NCBI GenBank assembly: GCA_950097015.1
Contig: CATNEN010000001.1
Span: 19,530,001-19,594,000, forward strand
Direction of reading: 5' to 3'
Origin: Macrostomum hystrix
Lineage: Eukaryota; Animalia; Platyhelminthes
Length of the DNA: 64,000 nucleotides
Position 1 is the first letter of the stretch. Every line of letters starts with the position of its first letter. Both the position numbers and the translations under genes were made by a program. The notes below the pieces were generated by a model, which worked only from the letters and a program-made list of their open reading frames with translations, searched no databases and was not told the origin of the DNA. Below, piece by piece: positions 46,301-58,300 of this stretch.

Positions 46301-49300
46301 GCATCTTGCGCTTGTTGGCCGTGACATCCTCCATGAGCTTTACGCGCTCAGTTTCAAGCTCAGCCTTTTCTGTGACAATTACAACACCCAGCAGCTGATC
46401 CTCCAGACCTTTCATCGTTACGGTGAAATCAATCATGGAAGTCTTGGCGTAGATCTCAGGCGTGTACCTGGGATTTGGCAGCTTGGTGGTGATGTACAGT
46501 CGGAAGCCGTCCATCACGTCGCACTCCTTGTCACCGACTTTGACCTTAAAGCGCTTGCCAGACTTGATAAAATTTCTCTCCAGGATGTTGTCAAGCGCCG
46601 GATCGAGCTCCTCGCCAACGTCCTCAATGATCATTGGCCGACCCAAAGACAAGCTGTCCTCCAGGTGCGAACGGAAGTACTTGTGGTTCAGGCTAGTCAA
46701 TTGGAGCTCGTTGTTTTTCTCCTTGTTCTTAATCCAGGCCTTGCCCTGACCTTGCGGGTCGATCAGCAGAGGGTAGCGTGCGGCTCGCGTTACGATCAAG
46801 CCGTTCTGCGTGGACAGTTCGTCGTTTGGCAGACCCTGAAGGTTCCACTCACTGATGGTGGCATTGTCTACCAGCATGGAGATGAGGTTGAGGTCCTGTA
46901 TGGTAGAGATTCGAGGCGCAACCATTTAATTAGGTTTTGGACAAACGGACTAAAATCGACACAAAACTCTGCTCAAAGATAAGCTACTAGTCTTAATGGT
47001 CTCACGAACCTCCGTGAAAGGAATCTTGTTCTGCACCAGCTCCTTCTTCCAGTTGCGCTGAAGCAGATTTCGGAAGTCCTGGTTAAACGGACCCGAATAG
47101 GAGAGGAAGGCGGTGGCAAGAAGAACGTCTCCCACCAGGCGTTGGATCTGCGATTCGAAGCCCTTACTGGCTTCAGTCCAGCGGATTCGCTCTCCGGACA
47201 GACCTTCGATCAGTGTGGTGGCATTCGACATCTTCCTTCGGCAGGCCTCGGCATCGTCCATAAGGGCCTGCTTCTCGGCCATGGCCTTGTCGTACTGGGC
47301 CTGCACCACGTCCAACTCGCGCTGCTTCTCGTCCAGCAGAGCTTGAGCCTGATTGAGCTCCGCCATGGCCTTCATCAGGCGGCCCTCTTGCACCACCAGG
47401 TTGGCCTAATTTAGACAGATTATGGGTTTTAGGTTATAGATTACTTTGGGCTTACTTAATACTTATTGAAAGTTATGGTACTTTTTGCAACAAAGCTCGT
47501 TAACTGACCTTTAGCGGTAGGACCTCCTTGTTGATGCCGAAGAAGGTAGCCATGGCGGTTGTCCATGAACACAGGCCGGCCACGTTGCCGCTGACCTTCT
47601 TGGCGGTCTCGATGTTGTAGTCCTCCATGTCAAAGTAGGGCATTAGGAGCTCCACAGTCTCGCCATTGATGGTGTCCTTCGGGAAGTTCAGCAAGGCACC
47701 GAGGAAGTCGCCGCTCATCAGCTTGAGCGCCTCGGCCCAGGACGGCTTGATGCAGGGCCGCTCTGGGTCCATTGTGACCGTATCGATGCGCTTGCGGAAC
47801 AGCAGCAGCACGCAGTCCATGATGCGCATGATGAGATGCGGTGGCTTGGCCAGTTTCTTCACCGTAGAAATATCGGCGGGCTTGATGGTCTGCAGCGCGC
47901 TCTCGGCCTCCTCCAGTGCCGGCTTGGCAGCTTCGAGCTTGCCTTCGGCTATGGCTTTATCAGCTCCGATCGCGTCCACCAGGGCCTGGGCTCGGTCCTT
48001 CACAACCTGCACCTGGGCTTTCACTTTCTGAGCGGCGGTGGCCTTCACTGTCACATCCTTCAACACCTCTTCGGCCTTGCGATTGGCGATGGCCAACTCT
48101 TTCTCCTTCTCGACGAGCTCCTTGCTGAGCTCGTTCACGGACTCTGTGGCTTCAAGCAGCTTCTTCAGACCCGTATTCATGCGCTTAGCCAGCAGGTCCA
48201 GAGTGCTCTTCTTCGAGCCGTAAATCTCTTTGTAGCCCGAGATAAACGACAGGTAAGACTTTGGCGTCACGTGTGTCTGACGACGGAATCGCTGGAAGTA
48301 GTCGGTGCAAGTCTCGGCCACCAGGTCTTGGAATTGACCCATCACATTCACCACAGACTCCTTGACCTGCGGAGTGCAGACAATGTCAAATGACGACAAG
48401 AAGTAGCGAGACACTGAGACCAGCGCATCCTTGGGCCAGCGCTGAAACCAGTCCATGGTGCAACCAGAGATGAGGCCTGGGAACTTCAAACTGCGGTTGC
48501 GGAACTTCTCGCCCACCGGTGAGAAGCAGAGAACCACATGCAGGTACTTGAGCACCCGGGTCATGTAGTAATCCTGCAGGTTCTCATTCGATGGCGGTCG
48601 GCGAGGGTATTCCTTCTTCATCACGGGCACAAGCTCGCCAAGGATCTCGTCCATCTCGTCACGAGCGAATAGGTTGGCAATCTCACCAGATGACAGCATG
48701 TTGTTGAGGAATTCCAAGAAGCCCTCTTCCTTGATCTCATTGTCAGTAAACACAAATGTCATGCCCTTTCCTTTGCCACCGGCTGTGCGGTACAACACCT
48801 TCAGGTCTTCAAGAAGATTGCTGACGTTGTAGGACCTGGTGAGAGTGATCTGGAAGGTGTCGTAGCCGGCGATGAATGAGGCCAGGCGAGTCAGCGACTG
48901 CTTGCCGGAACCGCCGACACCAACAAGCAGAGCGTGACCCTTCGTAGTCCTGATGATCCGGGAGATCTTCACCAGGTGGATCATGGCGTCCTTGAAGAAC
49001 ACCAAGTCCAGCTTTCCGCCGCGCACGACCTCATTGTACTGGCTCATGTAGCTCTGCAGTTTCTCGTTGAGCTGCTCGTAGCTCTCAATAGGCTCGTAGA
49101 CTTTTGGAGCGCTCATGTCGGCATCGTCTGGCTCATCGCCAGTTGGCTCTGGTGCTTCACGCAGGAAGTCGACGAAGTAGGGCTCCACCTGCATCAGCTC
49201 GGAGACCTCGGGGCCGCAATCCTCGTCGGCAGTAAGCTTGATGGTCTTTTCGAACCAGTCCTTGTCGCTCTGCTCCGTGAATCGGTCGGCAATAGTGCGC

Positions 49301-52300
49301 GTGCACTCGTGCTTCCACAGGCTCATCACGACACCGCGATCGTTGGCAATCTCGCTGATGGTGTTAAGCATGCCCTGCCAGATGCGACTCAGATCGCGAA
49401 GGTTGAACACGTAGTGAAACTTGGCCGGTGTGGGCAGCATGCGGATCTTGGTGCGCTGCCAGAGTCGACGAGTGGCTGGAACAAGCTTGTCCACCAGGGC
49501 GCGGATGTTCTCCGAGAAGCCTCGCTCAGCGCAGTAGTGTCCTAGACCCACTGTGCGGAAGATCTTGTCAATGCTGGCATTGCTCGGTAGGGTGCAGTTG
49601 AACACACAGAACTGGCGCTTCAGCCGCTGTGGGATGTCGTTTCGGCCACCGCCGGGGTGAATCATGGCCGCGATGATCTGGATGTCCACAATTGTAGTGA
49701 ACTCGCCGGGCTTCTCCAGATTGTAGAAGCCGTTCATCTCCATCATCTGGCGAGTGATCTCGTTGGTGATCTGGTCGCCCCATTCGTTGATGATCGGCAT
49801 GTTGATATCGTCGATGAAGACAGTCATCCTTTTACCGGCCGGGGGGCCAAAGGTGGAGCCCATGCGCTTGTCAACGTAGCTCTCGACAGTGCGTTGGAAC
49901 ATATTCGGCGTGGTAGCGCTTGAGAAGTTCAACGACTTGAAAATGTGCGCCTCGGGGTCGTACTTGCTGCAGTAGCCCTTTACAATGACAGTCTTGGCTG
50001 TGCCCTGCTCACCGATCAGCAGCACTGGCTTGCCCTGCTTGGAGATTGTGTTGATGAGGAAGTCAGTCCTGGTGTTGTCTACGTTCGGCACCAGGATGCC
50101 GGTGTACTCCGGAGTCTCGTCAGTCGGATAGATATACTCCTGCACTCGCAGGTCCCAGTGCTGCCATTCGCCATTCTCGTTGACCAGATACTCAAAGATA
50201 GTGTCCTCGCCCTTGATTGGTGGCAGCGGAATGCCCGAGTAGGTTTTCATGTTCTCCTGCAGCCTTTTGCGATCGTCCAGCTCTAATAGTGCGCCCAGTG
50301 ACCACATGATGGCGAAAATGATCAGCTTCTGCAGGTGCGAGCTGGGCAGGTCGCGAACCTCTTCGGTGGACGCTAGCAGGCCATCCAGCAAGTTCGTGGC
50401 TTGACGAATGTAGTTGCAGTCCAGGAACTAAAAATGAATTAACGGTTCAGATATAAAAAAATGTTTTTTTCTCTGGTATCAAGCCTTGAATTTTGTCCGC
50501 AACTCACCGGCATTTTCGGATTCAGCGTCTGCTTCACATACGTAGCCGCCTCTCCATAGCAGGCTTCAAATGTCGAGAAGATGGTCTCCCGTTGACTCTC
50601 CGGCCTGGTGAGTAGCCAACCCTTAAGAATAGGCTCCCAGTCGAGCACGGAGGAGCTCATGAAGATCATGCCGTTTCGCGACACCGTTGCAGGCGAAGCA
50701 TTGTCGATGTTGTGCACTTCAAATAGGATCTTGCAGTTCGGCGCCATCGGGATACGATCACCGTTGGCCAGGGTCAGCGTCTTGTTATCGTCCAGTACGG
50801 AGTTCAAGTTCTCAATCCAGATGGCGTCCACAGGGCCGTCCAGGATGAGCCAGACGTGATCGCCCTTCTTTGTCTTGTGAGTTCGACGCCAGAGCGTGGA
50901 GAAGATGCCGTCAGTCCAGTCGTTGGTGGCCACATCGAGGCGGCCGAACATCTGCGGCGCGGTGATGGCCTTCGGATTCATGCGCATCTCTTTGTGGGGC
51001 TCGCCGCACTCTGACATTGCGCGCATCAGAGTAGTGATGCACTTGGTCTTGCCAGCTCCTGATGGTCCCAGAGTCATAATACCGTGACGCACTCGCTGTG
51101 TCTCGAACAGCTGGATGCACTTCAGCACCCATGGAGCGTGGTGGATCAGACCGAGTTCGTTGACCTGGTTGAGAATCGCTGCCTCGATCTCCGGGTAGCC
51201 TTTCTTGTCCAGCTGCATGCCCGGGAACAAGTCGTCGATGAGGCTCATAAACAGTGGCTCGTCTTCATCCACCAGCTTGGACAGGTTCATGTCGCGCAGC
51301 ACTCGCATGACAATCATCGGCTCGCTATCCTGCGGGTTGGCTCGCTTGAAGGCGCCGAGGGTTCGCAACACGGACAGAATGTTACGGAGGCCGAAGTCGT
51401 AGTGCACCTGCTTGCTCAGTTGCTCCTCGCACAGCTTGTACAGGGTGAAAAACTTCTTGGCCAGAAGCACGTTCTGCAGGAAACCGCAGGAGGCCAGCTT
51501 GACGCGCATGATGATGCCGCGATCTGGCACCATCATGGCCACTGTACGGAAGTTGATCTTCAGGTTCTCAGGCAGCTCTTGACGACCGGCATAGCCAGGG
51601 TTCTGTCAAAGGGAAATGAACGGCTTTAAGTCGAGTAAAGCGAGGAACGTGGAGTCATGTGAAAAAATGCAAAAGAGACTGAAGCGCACCATCGTGAGGA
51701 AGATGCCAAACTCCGGGTCCATTTCGACCAGGTCACCGTCAGTGAAGATGAACTGCGACTTGCGTTCCTTCTTGCAGGCCAGCACAATGGCGATCTGTTG
51801 GGCCGCGACAGACAGCACGGGCAGCTCAATACGGTTGAACTCGTCGAAGCAACCCCAGCTGCCAGATTGGGCTAGACCCTGTCATATGTATAAAGAAAAG
51901 TGAATTTTTCCATTTTAACAACCACAGTCAAACCGTATGATAGGATGCTTTTCTGAATCCATAGTATGCAGTCTTACCTTGTAGATACGACCCAGACCTC
52001 GGTAGTCCATCTGGTCGGAGCAGTTAAACACCACAACGTACTTGCCGAGACAGCGGCCCATGTCCTTGGTGGTCTCGGTCTTGCCCGTACCTGCGGGACC
52101 AGCAGGCGCTCCGCCCAGAGCCATGCCGAGAGCCTGCGCGATGGTGATGTAGCAACGATCAGTCAGCGGCGTGATCACAAGACGATCAGTGCAGCCGAGG
52201 AACTCGTTCATGTAGTGGAAGTCCACATCTGTGATGCTGACTAGGCACTGGTCGGTGTCCTCCTTGAAGTAGAATCGTGACTGTTTCAACCATTCGAAGT

Positions 52301-55300
52301 CGCCGGGACTCTTAACGTGGCTCTTCACTAGATCGTCAAAGATGTCCTTCTGATGCACGTGGATAGTAATGAGGGTCTCGAATTTGGTGCGCTCAATCTT
52401 GGTAAGCTCCTGTGTGGTGACGTTGATGAGCTCGTTCAGAATGTTGAGGAAGTGCTCATTGGTTTGCGGCATGATCTTCTTGTCCAGCTTGGCCTGAACC
52501 AGGGCTTCCTCAGCGTCCCGAGTCCACAGCATCTGCAGGCCCAGCAGGCCAACCTGAGCCGGGTAGGAGTTTTCAAACTCCATCAGCTTGAAGTTGGGGT
52601 CCTGCAGGGTGAGGTAGGACTCCCGGATGACCTTGTGCACAGAGGCGCGTGACACTCTCAGCAGATCTCCCAGCCAGGTCTCGACGTTGCCCTGAGCCAG
52701 CACAGCCGACTCTAGATGGACAGTCTCGCCCTCTTGCGAGCTGATGCTAAGAATCTTATCGTAGACCTTCTCGTCGAAGGTGACAGTCTTGGTGTTATCA
52801 AAGATGCTAAGCAGGTGAGCCTGGATCGTGTGCGAGTCCGAGGCCTGGCCCAGGATCTCCAGTAGGGCCGGGTCGGAAACGAAGAAGAACCGCGGGAAAA
52901 CCAGACGCTTCTTTTCCAGGTAGCCAGTCAGAGACTTCTGGCAGAGCTCCAGCTGCTCCAGCAGGTGAGGCAGCAGCTGCGACAGTGTCTCGTCGCCCAT
53001 GCAGCACTGAATAACGTTGGGAATTTCGTGCGCCCGTTGCATAATTCGCTGCCAGCTTTTGTCAATGTTGCTGAATCGTTTCGCTTCAGCAGGCAGCTGC
53101 TTGGCAATGTCACCGCCCACGAAGACGGCCTCCAGGTAGATCCACAGGTTCTGCACCAGCAGCCAGTTCTCAATGATCTCTGTGGAGCCCGACAGTTTGG
53201 ACACCCACTCTTGAATCTTGGGTTTAAAGGGTGCGTTGTACCGGTTGCTAAGCAGCGAGCCCAGCACCATCAGCGAGTCCTCCATCAGGGCCACGGTCTC
53301 GCCTGTTGTGTCGCCCTTAAGCAGCAGCTCGCCACGCGACTTAAAGGTGGAGAAGGCCAAGTTCTGAGCGGACCAGTCGCTCATCACCTGCTTCAGCTTA
53401 GCTTCAATGTCTTTCTCCTTGATGGCAGAGATGCAGATGTCTTCAATATCGTCTTTGTTCTGAAGCAGCGGAGCTTCCATAAGGTTGCGCAGTAGGAAGT
53501 TGTCCGATTCGACGTCGAACTTGTGCTTGGTGAGGTTCTCGAGCCTCTCCCAGTGACGACTCATCATGGCCTTGTTGGACATCATCTCCAGTAAAGGACA
53601 GCTCTCGCTGAAGTCGTCGATGGTCTTGCGCAGATCTTCAAACGCCTGCCACTCCTTCAACGCCTTGGGCAGCTTTCGGCATCGACCCTGGAAGTCGGTC
53701 AGCTGCTGGTTGATAGCCTCAATGTCGATGTCGGTCCAAGCGATGTCGTAGTAGCCGTTGACCGTCTCTAACACCTGGTTGTACAGGCCGTACAGTTTCT
53801 GCATGAGGTTGAGGTCCTTCTTGATGCGCTGCAGGTCCTGGTAGTCTGTGACGGGCAGGCCGAACAACTGCTCACCGCCCGAGTAGGTCTCGAACTTGCG
53901 CCACAGATCGTCAAAGCGGCCCTGGAACAGGGTGACTCTGTCGGAGGCCTCTCGGGGTGGGATGTTCGGCTCTTGTGGTCCTCTGCAGAAGTTTTGATTG
54001 ATTAAGAAGTTATAGGCACATAAGAAGTTAAGAAGATACAGGCACATACATCAGGTGTACATCTGCCTGAATTCATCATCGCTAGGCAGTGTTTTTTAGG
54101 CGGAAGAATGTCTGCACTCACTTGTTGTCGTACTCGTCCACAAACACCACCAGATTCTTCTGAAACTGTTGCACGCCGTGGAGCAGGTCCTCCTTGAACT
54201 GCGGCTGGATAGCCAGCAGGTGATCCTGCACTCCGCGGGACTGCTCCTTCAGGTTGGACCGCTCGTAGGACAGGGAGTCCACGCGCTCAGCGTTGCCATC
54301 GTTGAACAGGATGTCATACTTGCTCAGCAGGGCGTAGGTCTCCTCAATCGGGCCGACGGCCAAGTCGATGCGAACTTCATTCTCGCGCACCTCTGTCAGC
54401 GCCGCCATGTGGGCCCGGACATCGTCCAGGTCCTGCACCGGGCGAGCTAGCTGCTTCTTAAGGCCGTCGAACCACTCCAGGATGTCGTCCATCTCCTTTG
54501 CGCATCGATCGTTCAACTCCTTGCCGTAAGCCAGGCGCCAGGCTTTGCACTCTTCTATTAGCGCCGCCTTGAGTTTCTCAGTTGAGTAGAGAACGGCGCC
54601 GACTTGGTAGGACTGCGGCAGAGCGCTGAGCTCCATTTCCATATCCTGCAGATAATTTTTAGTAAAATCTAATTTCTTTTGCTACTCTTGGGTTCCATGG
54701 TTCACGCATAAATTCCAAGAGTTTAATTTCAGCTTTTATTGGATTATTAGAATACAATGTCACCTAATTTTTTAGTCGTTTCTAAAAAACGTCTTAAAGC
54801 AAGGTTTCTTACCAAGATGCCTTTGAAAACGGCTGAAATCTCCGACAAGATTGGCTTCTTGTCCATGAACTCCTTCACCTTGACATTGATCTCCTGTTTG
54901 TGGAATTAAATAAATTCTACTGTATGGCTTGCCATAAAAATTCGAATTTAAACAAAATGCTGACACGGTCGGTCGAAACTGACCTCCATCCACAGCTGCT
55001 TGAACTTGTAGAAGTCCTTGAACGTCTCGCGTTCGTCAATCTTGTTCGAGCTGATCAGCGAGCTCATCTGGGAGATCAACTTGGCTACGTCCTTGTGGTC
55101 AGCGATGATCTTGTTCAGCGGCTTGATCACGCTGCCTCCAGGTAGTTTCAGCTCTTCGATCTCCTCGTCCGTCATCCTGTCGACGTCTTTGCCTTCAGCC
55201 TTGGCGCTGTCCTCTTGAAGCTTTCTCTGCAGCTGCTTCTGCGTCAGGAGCATGTGCTTCCACTGGGGAATGTCCACAGACATCTTCAGCATAATTTTCA

Positions 55301-58300
55301 CGGCTTTGTTGACCTTGTGCTGAATTTCTTCCAAGGTGGGCTTCGTGGAAATGTTCGGCAGCTGAAGCACCACGTCTGATTTGAACAGGGCCGGCTTCTT
55401 CTCCTCGCCCTGGCCGAGGTAGCGCAAGGCCGCCGAGTGGTGAGCCCGACGCCTGATGCTGTCGAGGCTGAGGCGGGTGCAACGAATCAGCGCGTCTGTG
55501 TTCCGGTTGGTGTAGTAGCTCAGGAAGGCGAAGATCAGGCAGTGTTGGCATTCTTGGCAGCGCTGGCGCTTGATGCGCGACGACTCCTCCGTGCAGTCCC
55601 AGGACTCGTCCCTGACGATCTTCTTATCCTCGGGCAGGCGCTCCAGGATTGTGTCAACGGCTTCGTTCACCGAGGACTCAACTAGCTGGCTTTGCCTGGG
55701 TGCATTGCAAGTTTCTTCATTAATTCTGGCACACAAATCAAACTCTCAGTACAAACTGAGGGGTAGGCAGACGGACTCACTTTGACAGGAACTGCGCTGC
55801 ATCAGAGCACACGGCCTCCGTCATTGCCACGAACTCCTCAGGTGTCACCGGCTCCTCTTCGGGCAGGTCAATCAGGGCGGTGAGCGACATCTCTTCGAGG
55901 ACGGCCTCAACGCGGCATTCGATCATGTCCGAGAGCTGCTTTACCAGAGTTTTGAACTCGAAGATCTTGGCTCGCGAATTGTCGATGTCTGTGCGATAAA
56001 GTGACAATTACATCTTGCAGTCAAATACCGCATGGCCTGATCAACATCACTGCACTGAAGTCACTGTACTGTACTGCAATGCATTGAGTCTGCTTAATAT
56101 GCCAGCTTTTTAGCTCAGCAACGAACTTCTGACCAAGAGGTTCAAGGACTACAAATTGTGTCCTAGAGCAGGACACTTAATTCCTCAATGGCCCGAATGG
56201 GTTTAATTTAACTTGCATTCTAACTCCATTTTCAGTTTGCTTACAGTCCTTGACGCGAGTTGAGATCCAGGTAAGTTGGGTCAGGCCAGGCTCCAGAACG
56301 TCGTTAATGTGGTCCCGGAACGGCTTCATCAAAGTCTGGATTGGAGCCGGAATGGCGTCCGAGATGCCCTCGAAGTCGGCGATTATCTCCTCCAGGCTGT
56401 GGACGGAGGGCGTGGGTAGAAAAAAACATCTGAGATGCGTACAGAATCGGAAGATAGACAAAATCAATGAATATCGGTGCAAAAACTCACGCCCTGTAGA
56501 TGTCCTTGATCTGCATCTCGCTAAACATGATGCGCACGATCTGATCAGGCACCTCAAGTCCCAGTCGCTTCATAAAGTGGGCTTCGCTGATGAGCTCAAC
56601 TACAACAGGATCCAGGTTGATGAGCAGGCGTCCGTTGGCGGTGTTGCGCACGAGCAGAGACGAGTTCAGGCCGACGTGAAACTGCTGCACGGTGTTCAGC
56701 CACTTCTGATGGTAGAGGAGCTCGAAGGCAAGCAGCACCTCGGCCATCTTGTTGTAGTTGCGCACAATTTTTCGGGCTTCCGGCAGCTGCAGAATCTCCT
56801 TCTTATTGTGCTTGAAGATCATCATCGGCTTCTCAATCTTGTGCAGCAGGTGACGCGACCAGGCGATCTTGCCGGCGATCGGCGGCAGGTTGCGCGCCAC
56901 CGGCGGGTCGTCCTTGAAGCGCTGGTAGAGTCGGCGGACGTTCTCCAGCTCCTTGGCGTAGTTCTGCAGGATGCGGGCGTACTTCTCGCCCCAGTCGAAC
57001 TGGATACCCTCGATGCGCTCGAAGCGGACGAGAATGCTGAGCTGCTGGACTGCCGACATCGGCCTCTTGAACATGTTATCGATGTAAGCGTAGAGTGCAG
57101 TCTCCAGAAGGCTGATGTTCTGCTTGAACTCCTCGTAGTCGTTGTCAAAGTCGGTCTTGCGATGATCGAGGATATCGTAGGTCTTCTTGCGAATGGACTC
57201 GCTGATGGTGCGATAGCGAACGATCAGCTGCTCGACACCTTCAGTCTTGAGATCCTGGAGGCCGCTCAAGCTCTGGATGACCTGCAGCATGTCCATGATC
57301 TTGTGCAGCCGGCGGCAGAAGGTGTCGAACTTGCCGAAGATGTAGTTCTCGCTGAACTCGAACTGCTTCTCCTGCGGATTCTTGCGCAGGTGTTCCTGGA
57401 CCTTGCGGAACACGGCCTGGTAATGCCTGTTGAGGGCTAGGCAGTGTTCCATTCGCTCGAACAGCACGTTGCGCGGAAGATCCCAGATCTTTGTGGCGCC
57501 ATCCCGGATGTAGGCCTTGCACGTAGTGATCATCTGGTTGGTGACCTTCACAAACAGCGTGGTCATTCTCTCGGATGTGTTGTAGTACTGCGAGATTGTG
57601 TAGATCATGCGGATAGCGTTGATCAGGGCCGGGATGTGTTCCTGCATGGTGACCGGGTTGCACTTGCTCAGCGGTCCGAAGAACTTGTCCAGCGTGTACA
57701 GGTACTTCACATTGTCTCGAGCCTCGTTAGCCGCGTCGGTGATGCGTGAGTCCAGCTGGCGCCAGACCTTCAGGGTGCGCGACTTGGCGTTGTGCAGCAT
57801 GGCCACAACGGTGCGAACCTCCTTGCGATTCATCTGCTCAAGTAGGCTGCAATGAGCATGGGTTACAGTTGATAATAGCCTTAATAATAATAATAATTGC
57901 AGGAGGGCTGCGGGCAATGGCACATCATTTGGTGACACTAGACCCGCAGCCAGCGAGGAGGCAATTCTGCCCATTTCGCTGACTCCTGAGCACACACGCA
58001 CACAAATACTGTACGCAGGCATTCGCTCACACAGGTGTGTACATCTGCCCTGACTTTCTCATCGTCAGGCAGTGTACACTTCACTGTGTCTTGGAGGTTG
58101 GCCCTCAAGGGCGTCAATTGCACGACAAGCCCCAAAGCCTTCTCTCCGCGGCTGCGCCCCAAATAAATGTGGCCTCGCCGTGGAATCGAACTTAGGGACC
58201 GTGGTGCGAGAGGCAAACGCGTTAACCGCTCTGCCACTCACCCCCCGATAATAGCCTTAGTACAGATGGAAAGCGACTGCTCAAATATAAATCACATCTT

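Noticed and set aside
56250-57440. 396-aa plus-strand ORF and many similar antisense ORFs
   Set aside because: Shadow ORFs caused by high GC3 codon bias on the coding strand.
58040-58075. Hammerhead ribozyme in the SINE (CTGACGA..GAAA..GTC), by analogy with schistosome Sm-alpha
   Set aside because: No stem II (only TGA between the cores) and no stem III; the cores sit inside a simple CCTGAC/GTCAGG hairpin.
58165-58246. tRNA gene
   Set aside because: A and B boxes are present but there is no acceptor stem or cloverleaf; it is the head of a repeated SINE.
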